A stretch of DNA of 64,000 nt from Oxalobacteraceae bacterium (GTDB lineage Bacteria > Pseudomonadota > Gammaproteobacteria > Burkholderiales > Burkholderiaceae_D): the NCBI GenBank assembly GCA_947454305.1, contig CANGJE010000005.1:7509-71508 (forward strand), read 5' to 3'. This document shows positions 31,996-39,865 of this stretch, in pieces (positions within the stretch are counted from its first letter, which is position 1; the number at the start of each line of letters is the position of its first letter). The notes beneath the pieces are model-generated. The model saw nothing but the letters and a program-made list of their open reading frames with translations, was not told the DNA's origin and made no database searches. Made by a program: the position numbers and the translations under genes.

Positions 31996-32448
31996 TTAGT
32001 CGCCGTAGAGTTTCTGCTTCAGTTCGCGTCGCTGCTGTGCCTCAAGAGAAAGCGTTGCTGTCGGGCGAGCGAGTAAGCGCGGAATGCCAATGGCTTCACC
32101 GGTTTCTTCGCACCAACCGTAGTCGCCCGCATCAATAGACTGTATCGACTGTTGTACTTTTTTCAGAAGTTTGCGTTCTCGGTCACGCGTACGTAACTCG
32201 AGGGCATGTTCTTCTTCGATGGTGGCGCGATCGGCGGGATCGGGCACGAGTACGGTTTCACGCAGATGTTCGGTAGTTTCGCCGGCGTTTCTGAGAAGAT
32301 CTTTTTCCAGCTGCTGCAGACGAGCTTTAAAAAAAGCCAATTGAGCCGCGTTCATGTAGTCCTTCTCGCCCATCTTGAGAAGCTGCTCCTCAGAGATGGG
32401 GGTGCCGTCGCTGACGGCTGGCTTCAAAGTTTTTGTAGTGGTTGCCAC
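31996..32448 (-). CDS. dksA: RNA polymerase-binding transcription factor DksA (one-Cys type)
   Basis: PDPADRATIEEE, RDRERKL, CEETG...SLEA; GTG 32448 preferred. Confidence 0.93.
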   Translation of the reverse strand: MATTTKTLKPAVSDGTPISEEQLLKMGEKDYMNAAQLAFFKARLQQLEKDLLRNAGETTEHLRETVLVPDPADRATIEEEHALELRTRDRERKLLKKVQQSIQSIDAGDYGWCEETGEAIGIPRLLARPTATLSLEAQQRRELKQKLYGD

Positions 32449-32672
32449 GTAGCTTGCTTTCGTAACTGCTGATCTGTCAATTGTACCCAGCATGCCTGCA
32501 ATTGCTTTTGCTGATGCGCAGGGCAGACTGGTTGTCTGCTCGGACTGTCTCACTATCCCTGGGAAGGGCGCCCGAAGCAAATCGGGCGCTATTGTAATCG
32601 CATTGTCCGCTGTACAGACAAGCTTTTCATATTTTTAATTCAATTGGCAAGTACAGCCACGCAAAATCTAGC

Positions 32673-32700
32673 AAAAGCGGGGAGTGCAGCCCCATTTTTT
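32673..32700 (-). terminator. possible weak terminator after cobW-like gene
   Basis: GGGG/CCCC stem flanked by A/T tracts. Confidence 0.35.
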
Positions 32701-32716
32701 GTGAATACTATGGCAT

Positions 32717-33772
32717 TTATACCAGACATTGCTCCAGCCCCTCAGTGAATATGGCTCGTGGTAATGCTTGACCTATGAAAACGATTTTGCTGCCACGAAC
32801 TTCCTCTGAAGCCCACGGCGCGCCCAAATCACTGCCCATGGTTTGATGGACTCCCTGGAAAATCACTTTTCTTGAGGCTCCTTCCATCCACAGTATGCCT
32901 TTGTAGCGCAGCATTCGCGGGCCGTACATCTGTATCAGTTGGCCGATAAAATCTTCTAGACGCGCCGGATCAAAAGCACGGTTGCTGCGAAAAACAAAGG
33001 CAGCGATGTCATCGGTATGGCCACCTTCTTGGTGAGCTGCATGATCGTGCTTATGGCCGTGTCCATGTTTATGATGATCATGGTCGCAATGATCGTCACA
33101 CTCATGTGCTTCTTCAGACTTTAGAAAGTCAGGATCGATATCTAATTTGTCGTTCAGATTAAATCCACGAATATCCAATATCTCTGCAATCGGAGCATGG
33201 CCGAAATCGGCACGCCCTATGGGCGCGCGCGGGTTAATGCGTCGCAGTCTAGCTTCAAGCAGGCTGAGTTGATCGGCGCTCACTAAATCCGATTTAGATA
33301 AAAACAATCGATCGGCGAAACCAACTTGACGTTGCGCCTCTTCAAATTTATCCAGTTGCTGCATCGCGTTGCTGGCATCAACGATGGTAATTACGCCATC
33401 CAACAAATAGCTGGTGGCGATTTCTTCATCCATAAAAAATGTTTGTGCAACCGGACCGGGGTTAGCAAGACCTGTGGTTTCGATTACGACACGATCAAAT
33501 TTCAACTCGCCACTGCGCTGCTTTTGTGCAAGTTGGCCAAGTGCTGAAATTAAATCGCCGCGTACTGTGCAGCAAATACAACCGTTATTCATTTCAACGA
33601 TTTGTTCGCGCGTGTCTTGCACCAAAATTTCATTGTCGATGTTTTCTTCGCCGAATTCGTTTTCAATGACAGCGATGCGCTGCCCGTGGTCTTCATGTAG
33701 CAGACGGTTTAGTAGCGTGGTTTTGCCGGCGCCTAAAAAGCCGGTGAGTATCGTAGCGGGAATAAGAGCCAT
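32717..33772 (-). CDS. COG0523/CobW-family G3E GTPase (metallochaperone)
   Basis: GFLGAGKTT, ENEFG, GCICC, ETTGLANP, His-rich insert HDHHKHGHGHKHDH. Confidence 0.92.
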   Translation of the reverse strand: MALIPATILTGFLGAGKTTLLNRLLHEDHGQRIAVIENEFGEENIDNEILVQDTREQIVEMNNGCICCTVRGDLISALGQLAQKQRSGELKFDRVVIETTGLANPGPVAQTFFMDEEIATSYLLDGVITIVDASNAMQQLDKFEEAQRQVGFADRLFLSKSDLVSADQLSLLEARLRRINPRAPIGRADFGHAPIAEILDIRGFNLNDKLDIDPDFLKSEEAHECDDHCDHDHHKHGHGHKHDHAAHQEGGHTDDIAAFVFRSNRAFDPARLEDFIGQLIQMYGPRMLRYKGILWMEGASRKVIFQGVHQTMGSDLGAPWASEEVRGSKIVFIGQALPRAIFTEGLEQCLV

Positions 33773-33827
33773 GAATTTATCGTGCGTAGATAACTAATAT
33801 GATGTAAATGAATTGCTGCGGACTGCG

Positions 33828-34868
33828 TTAATCGTGTGAGGTTTGCTTTTTCGCGCGTGGGTGTGCGGCATCATACACTTGCGCTAAGCGTTGAAAATCC
33901 AGCGATGTATACACCTGAGTTGATGCGATCGATGAATGGCCTAGCATCTCTTGCACGGCGCGCAAATCTCCCGATGATTGCAGCACATGTGACGCAAATG
34001 AATGCCGCAGCATATGCGGGTGCACATCGGCGGGAATGCCTATGGCTTGTGCGTGTGCTTTGATACGGGTTTGTACTGCGCGTGCAGTTATTCGCTGTCC
34101 ACGTGCGGTGATGAATAGCGCGTGCGGATCACAGCTTGGTTTTTCGCTAGCGACAGAAGCTCGTCGAGATAGCCATTCACGAATCGAGAGTAATGCGGCG
34201 CCACCCACGGGAACTGTACGGCGCTTATTTCCTTTTCCGGTGACGGTTACTTCGCATCCATCAAGATCTAGCCAACCAAGTGATGAATGATTGCGCGATT
34301 CTGTGTACTGAACATCAAGTCCAACCAATTCAGAAACGCGTAGCCCGCTTGAGTACAGCAATTCAAACATGGCGTGATTGCAGAGCTGCTGCGTTAGATC
34401 GGCTTCGGAAGCGTTGGGTATATTGGAAGCGTCTGCAGTGTCAGATGCATTGGCCTTAGCATAGCTGCCGCTGACTAACCTCACTGCATCATCGACGCCC
34501 AAGGCTTTGGGTAGTGCTCGTGCTCGCTTAGGTGCTTTAACGCCATCCGCTGGATTTACGGTAAGTTGATGGTGTATCGCCATCCAACTAAAAAACCCTC
34601 GCCATGCAGATAATTTGCGTGCAATTGAACTAGGCGACAAACCGCGCGAATGTAATTGCGCAGCAAAGCGTCGAGTATCAAATGCTGTAATTTTAGATAG
34701 CGAAGAAATTTTCTTCTCAACGCATAACGCGCCTAATTGTGCGAGGTCGCGCTGATAGCTATCTAAGGTGTGCTCAGATAACTTGCGTTGCGTTTGCAAG
34801 TGTTGCAGATAGCTAGCTATATGCTGCTCATCTGCAGCGTTGAAATACGAGGTCGCTTTACTGTCCAT
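33828..34868 (-). CDS. xerC: tyrosine recombinase XerC
   Basis: SGLRVSE, GKG, HPHMLRHSFASH, LGH, TQVY; downstream of DUF484; about 20-aa insertion before box I. Confidence 0.93.
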   Translation of the reverse strand: MDSKATSYFNAADEQHIASYLQHLQTQRKLSEHTLDSYQRDLAQLGALCVEKKISSLSKITAFDTRRFAAQLHSRGLSPSSIARKLSAWRGFFSWMAIHHQLTVNPADGVKAPKRARALPKALGVDDAVRLVSGSYAKANASDTADASNIPNASEADLTQQLCNHAMFELLYSSGLRVSELVGLDVQYTESRNHSSLGWLDLDGCEVTVTGKGNKRRTVPVGGAALLSIREWLSRRASVASEKPSCDPHALFITARGQRITARAVQTRIKAHAQAIGIPADVHPHMLRHSFASHVLQSSGDLRAVQEMLGHSSIASTQVYTSLDFQRLAQVYDAAHPRAKKQTSHD

Positions 34869-35517
34869 GCACTGTGGCGCTGGCGATCTCGCCGATCTGC
34901 CGCAGAAAATGTGTATCCATGTCGGCGGTGAAGCGCGCTGGATCAGGAGAGCCAAGCACTAATAAGCCAAAGCTTTCGGTGGAGCCTGGTACACGAAGTG
35001 GAATCAACGCTAACGACTGAATCGCCGCTGAATTGCTGAGCCATTCCAAACCGGGTTTGTTAGCGGATGGACCGCAATACGGCGTCGCTTGCTGGGCGGC
35101 GAGTGTTTTTGCCGCATCCAAATCGGGGGCTTCGTGCCATTTTTTGTCTAGGTCGATGGATGAGTCCCACACTCGCAGGCTGGCAGCTGGAACCTGGAAA
35201 AAGTCGATTAAGGTATCCAGTACCGAATCTGCAGGTTGTTCTGAACGTGCGGCCAGAAGTTTCAGTGTCCATTCATGGATTTTCACCATGATTCCGTCGT
35301 TATCTTTTGCGTAGCGAGACTGATTCACCAACTGTAGTTCCAGATTGCGGATTTTTTCGCGTAGCACTTCGACTTGGCGCTCTTGCAGTGAGACGGTCCG
35401 ACCACCAAGCGAGGTCGTAAGCTTAAAGCTCGCAATCAGGTCAGGGTGGTCTTCGAAAAAGTTGGGATGATCTTCCAGATAGAGTGCAACGGCGTGGGCG
35501 TCTGGGGTAGTGGTCAT
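34858..35517 (-). CDS. DUF484-family (YigA-like) protein
   Basis: YL..HP.FF..HP, VSLQERQ..LR, LGSPD..RF..DM.T.FL; ATG 35517. Confidence 0.9.
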   Translation of the reverse strand: MTTTPDAHAVALYLEDHPNFFEDHPDLIASFKLTTSLGGRTVSLQERQVEVLREKIRNLELQLVNQSRYAKDNDGIMVKIHEWTLKLLAARSEQPADSVLDTLIDFFQVPAASLRVWDSSIDLDKKWHEAPDLDAAKTLAAQQATPYCGPSANKPGLEWLSNSAAIQSLALIPLRVPGSTESFGLLVLGSPDPARFTADMDTHFLRQIGEIASATVHGQ

Positions 35518-35592
35518 GATGGCAGTCGGCGATCTAGAGTGAAATTCAGGAATTCCCGAATTGTATCTGGGTCTGAAACCATTGGCGTGAAT

Positions 35593-35616
35593 AAAAAAGG
35601 GCACCCTGGGGTGCCC
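35593..35616 (-). terminator. intrinsic terminator after porin
   Basis: 7-bp stem GGGCACC/GGTGCCC plus U6 on the minus strand. Confidence 0.7.
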
Positions 35617-35727
35617 ACAAAACTACAGAGGAGATTCGATTACAGAAAAAACTGCAGACTGATTGACAGGTGATTCAAGATGAGATTAAGTGATTACCCT
35701 ATCTTGAATCAGCCTGCCTTAAACGGC

Positions 35728-36744
35728 TTAAAAAACGTGACGGATACCTAAGTTGAAGGCTTTGTCGCCACTACCAACTTCAGAGTTATTGCCTACTGTG
35801 AGAGGAATATTTGTGCCATTGTTAATGCGGCCCCATGCGGCATACAGATTGGTGCGCTTCGACATCGTGTAGGTATAACCTAAAGCCAATTGGTTTGCAT
35901 TGCCAGTTGTCCCGTTGTCGCCATCTTTGTAAATGTAGGATGCAATGAATGTATGTTTGTTGAATGGCACCTGAGCGCCGATCAAATAATCTTTGCTCTT
36001 CCGTGGAGTTGTGCCGGCGGAAGCGTCGTCGTTATCAGTCATTGCAGCAAACAGTTTGGCAACTTTTACATCCCAATTAGCGGCGAGTATCCAGTTAGTT
36101 GTATCGCCGGGCGTAGTTGCGTTATTTTTCTTCAGATAACCTAATCGAACGTTGACTGGGGCTCCGCTGTAGTTCAAGTAACCGGCTACTTGCCTGGCTC
36201 TGACAGTGGTATCAGCTTGTTCGCCAAATCCATAGGCAGCTTCGCCGCTAAAGCCCGCAAACACGGGCGAGGTGTATTTCACGGTATCGTTCATGCGGAT
36301 GTTTGCGCCTGGCATTAGCATATTTTGTGCGGCGCCTGCCATGCCTGCCGCAAAGGGGTCACCTACCAACATGGTCAAGAAGTAAGGCGTGTATTGGCGG
36401 CCCATCGTGACCGTGCCCATATCGCTTTGTAAGCCAACAAAGCTTTGGCGGGCGAATGCTAATCCTTGGGGCGTATTGGCCTGATTAAATCCTCCTCTAT
36501 CAGCGGCGATGCCTGTTTCCAAAACAAACAGGGCTTTCGTGTTGTTGCCCAAATCTTCAGTGCCTTTAAAGCCCAGGCGTGTGCCGGATTGAGCGCCGCT
36601 GGTGAGCTTGGTGAGACTGCCTGCAGCGCCTCCGCTTTCCTTCACAAATCCCATATCCACTATTCCATACATCTCTATTGATTGTGCCTGAGCGGCACTG
36701 GCAAACGCGCCGGCCAATGCCAGCGCAACGAGTGACTTTTTCAT
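35728..36744 (-). CDS. outer-membrane trimeric porin (betaproteobacterial type)
   Basis: MKKSLVALAL signal, YGIVD, SGTRLGFKGTEDLG, LSKRT-like MSKRTNLY, terminal GIRHVF. Confidence 0.93.
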   Translation of the reverse strand: MKKSLVALALAGAFASAAQAQSIEMYGIVDMGFVKESGGAAGSLTKLTSGAQSGTRLGFKGTEDLGNNTKALFVLETGIAADRGGFNQANTPQGLAFARQSFVGLQSDMGTVTMGRQYTPYFLTMLVGDPFAAGMAGAAQNMLMPGANIRMNDTVKYTSPVFAGFSGEAAYGFGEQADTTVRARQVAGYLNYSGAPVNVRLGYLKKNNATTPGDTTNWILAANWDVKVAKLFAAMTDNDDASAGTTPRKSKDYLIGAQVPFNKHTFIASYIYKDGDNGTTGNANQLALGYTYTMSKRTNLYAAWGRINNGTNIPLTVGNNSEVGSGDKAFNLGIRHVF

Positions 36745-37092
36745 TTTTGCATCCCCATATCGAAGTTTTGTTGAGAATCCGCTCGGGTCGGATTGGAGCA
36801 ACATTAATTTCTAAAATGAAAACACTCGTAACTTCGGCGCGCTTGAAAAAAAGCTTTCTGACAAAAAGAGACTTATTGATCAATGCTGTTGTTTTATTGG
36901 CACTAATCACCGTTGACGCTGCCCCACCTCAAAGCGCAAAGTCTGGTTTTAATTTTGATAACACTTGGCCGGCGCGTTCCCAACTTCTTGCGTTTAGAAA
37001 GAGGTTGTTGCGACTAATTCGCCAGAGGTGGGCTAGACCTGCTTTTGGGATGTGCGCTGGTCGACGTTTTCTAAGGCTTATCCCCACAGACC

Positions 37093-38646
37093 ATGGCCAA
37101 TCGAGAGGAATTACTCATCATTCGCGCGGCTCGCGCGGGTAAAGCGCCAGCTCAGCTCGCCCTGGGAAAGCGTTATCTATTCGGCGGGGGAGGTTTGCCG
37201 CAAAGCCATTCCACTGCCTTGCATTGGCTACAGAAAGCAGCTGAAAACAATCAGCCTGATGCGTGGCTATTGATTGGGGCTAATGTTCCTTTTGACGTTG
37301 CTCAACAAGTCAAGGATCCCTTACGAGTCGCGTTCTGGTACGAACGCGCATTTGACGGAGGCATAGCGAAGGCGGGATTGGTACTCGCCTTATTGGTTTT
37401 TTCTTGTTGGGGCCGGGCAGAGCAATCATTAAAACAGAAGGCATTGCGAGCATTGCAAGCCGCCGCCGAAGCAGGATTGGCCGATGCGCAGTGGTTGCTT
37501 GCGCAACAGTTAGGCATTCGTGAAACTGCGCGTCAGGCAAAGCCGCACGATGCAACTACGTCTGAAGGAAATCAACTGAATGCAGCCGTTGAGTGGGCTA
37601 CTCGTGCAGCCAAAGGTGGAGTTATCGAAGCGCAATACGTGCTTGCCGATAGCGCATGGGAAGTTGGCGACTACTTAAAATTTTTGCTCTGGGCCTTGCC
37701 ATTGGCTCAGGAAATCGAGCGACGTGCCAGCGGACATTCCATTCGTCGTCAACCCTGTAATAAGTTGGAAACTGAACTGCTCAGTCGTTGTGCACAAGCG
37801 CTGTTAAAGACATCGGATCCCAATAGCCGTTTGATTGAACACTACTTGAGAGTTGCCGCTGAAGGTGGCCAAAGTAGCGCTCAACTTGCTTATGGTTTGT
37901 GGATCGCGCGTATGGATGAAAATGGTTTGCGATTAAGTAATGTCACAGGTGTTGCGCACTACAAAAAAGCTATTCGCTGGTTGTCTTTAGCGGCAGAACA
38001 AAGTGAGGAAAAAGCATCCTTCGCATTGTCACGCATTTTTTTAAAGCCTGAGTTCTCACGTCGTAGCGTAGCCGAAGCGCGTAGGTATTTAGAAATGGCT
38101 GCAACCGGCGGTCACATGCGTTCACAGCTAGAGATGGGATTGATCGCATGGCGTCAGCGTCGAGTAGATCCGCGTGCAGATATTCGTGCGGTTTATTGGT
38201 TGCTAAAAGCGGCAGCGCAAGGTGATGAAGAAGCGCAGAAATTATTAAATAAAATTGTTCCGCCAATTCGAAAAGCCGATTGGGCGAACGTTGCAAAGCG
38301 AGCATTCACACGTGAGATGATGAGTCAGTATCCCTTCCTATCAGCGAGGGTTGAACTAGGATATTGGTTTGGCTTAACTCGTGCAGAGGCCTTGCTTATA
38401 GACGTGCAAGAAGCCGATCATGGGCACTGTCTGGAAATTGATATTCGAGAGCAGCATCCACGCAGTCGTCGCCGACTAATACTCATCTTAACAAGCGAAC
38501 AAAGACAGGCCGTTGATTATGCTGCGCGAGTGTTTGATACAGCTGATGGGACGCCAATTGGATCAGAAGGTAACTATCGTCAACGAATATACCGGTTTCG
38601 CAGTTTGATGAGCTCGCGCCGTGAGCACAATCGAAATCGGGCATAG
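37093..38646 (+). CDS. Sel1-repeat protein with C-terminal degenerate tyrosine-recombinase-like domain
   Basis: AQLALGKRYL...ALHWLQKAA, AQWLLA, AVYWLLKAAAQG repeats; C-terminal ELGYWFGLTRAEALLIDVQ resembles integrase box I. Confidence 0.75.
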   Translation: MANREELLIIRAARAGKAPAQLALGKRYLFGGGGLPQSHSTALHWLQKAAENNQPDAWLLIGANVPFDVAQQVKDPLRVAFWYERAFDGGIAKAGLVLALLVFSCWGRAEQSLKQKALRALQAAAEAGLADAQWLLAQQLGIRETARQAKPHDATTSEGNQLNAAVEWATRAAKGGVIEAQYVLADSAWEVGDYLKFLLWALPLAQEIERRASGHSIRRQPCNKLETELLSRCAQALLKTSDPNSRLIEHYLRVAAEGGQSSAQLAYGLWIARMDENGLRLSNVTGVAHYKKAIRWLSLAAEQSEEKASFALSRIFLKPEFSRRSVAEARRYLEMAATGGHMRSQLEMGLIAWRQRRVDPRADIRAVYWLLKAAAQGDEEAQKLLNKIVPPIRKADWANVAKRAFTREMMSQYPFLSARVELGYWFGLTRAEALLIDVQEADHGHCLEIDIREQHPRSRRRLILILTSEQRQAVDYAARVFDTADGTPIGSEGNYRQRIYRFRSLMSSRREHNRNRA

Positions 38647-38687
38647 AAATATCTACAAAGGTAAGTATCGAAAAGCAGCAAAAAAAC

Positions 38688-39539
38688 TTAGATGTCGATA
38701 CTGCCTTCAAAAACACTGACCGCTGGACCCGTAAGCATCACAGCATGTTCGCCACCAAGCCATTCGATACTTAACTCCCCGCCGCGCGTTGAAACGCTGA
38801 CAGGTGAATCGAGTTGTCCGAGTTGGATGCCAGCGACCACTGCAGCGCATGCGCCAGTACCGCAGGCAAGGGTCTCGCCCGCACCTCTCTCAAATACGCG
38901 TAGTTTTACGTGTTGCCTATCGATGATTTGCATGAACCCAGCATTGACGCGTTTTGGAAAACGCGAATGATTTTCAATCGCTGGGCCATCGGTAGCCACG
39001 GGTGCTAGATCGGCATCAGGCACGATTTGCACGGCATGTGGATTACCCATAGAGAGTACAACCGTCGAAATGAGTTTGCTATTCACTTCTAAGGGCCAGA
39101 CCAACGCAGAATGTTTTTTGTCAGCGACTAATCCCGTCGAATCAAAAGGTACGAGTGTTGTATCAAATATAGGTGGACCCATATCAACGGTGATACGGCC
39201 GTCATCTTCCAAGCGTGGAGAGATAACGCCGGACATGGTTTCAACCCGAATTTGACGCCTGTCAGTCAAGCCTTTATCGACGACAAATTTAACAAAAGCC
39301 CGCGCACCATTACCGCACTGCTCAACTTCGCCACCATCAGAATTAAAAATCCGATAGCGAAAATCCACATCGGGAGTGGTTGATTTTTCTACGACCAACA
39401 TCTGATCAGCGCCAATCCCAAAACGTCGATCTGCGATGAGATGCCATTGATCGGGGGTGAGATTCACTGTCTGATTGATCGCATCGATCACGATGAAGTC
39501 GTTTCCGGCGCCATGCATTTTTGTGAATTTGAGTTTCAT
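38688..39539 (-). CDS. dapF: diaminopimelate epimerase
   Basis: [36 protein letters not shown]. Confidence 0.98.
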   Translation of the reverse strand: MKLKFTKMHGAGNDFIVIDAINQTVNLTPDQWHLIADRRFGIGADQMLVVEKSTTPDVDFRYRIFNSDGGEVEQCGNGARAFVKFVVDKGLTDRRQIRVETMSGVISPRLEDDGRITVDMGPPIFDTTLVPFDSTGLVADKKHSALVWPLEVNSKLISTVVLSMGNPHAVQIVPDADLAPVATDGPAIENHSRFPKRVNAGFMQIIDRQHVKLRVFERGAGETLACGTGACAAVVAGIQLGQLDSPVSVSTRGGELSIEWLGGEHAVMLTGPAVSVFEGSIDI

Positions 39540-39710
39540 CGTCGTTCTTTAAGAATTGCATTCAGTTTGAGCGCCTATATATTTGCAGGCGAGTCGGACT
39601 GATGTGAATGGTAATTACAACAAATATTTACTAATTAAACCAAATCGTACGTTGGACTAGTCAACAAACGAATACCAGCAGCAGATAAGTAAGATTTTCT
39701 CATGACGGGC

Positions 39711-39738
39711 GGAACTTAGGCCAAATAGTAGTTACGAA
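39711..39738 (+). promoter_or_regulatory. putative ECF-sigma (hrp-box/RpoE-like) promoter
   Basis: GGAACT-N17-AC-GA-A; same as 12745-12772. Confidence 0.4.
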
Positions 39739-39865
39739 AACGGCCTGAGTAAAAATTGCCAGACACGTAAGTTCCTGTCCTTATCTTTAAAAGTGCCATT
39801 AATTTTGGTCACCTTGCTGTCCTGCTCTGAGCACCCATTATCCTAATTTTATTGAAAGGCTCGCC

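Noticed and set aside
33828-34868. Tyrosine recombinase as a prophage or island integrase
   Set aside because: Sequence and DUF484-xerC context identify chromosomal XerC; no att repeats or tRNA nearby
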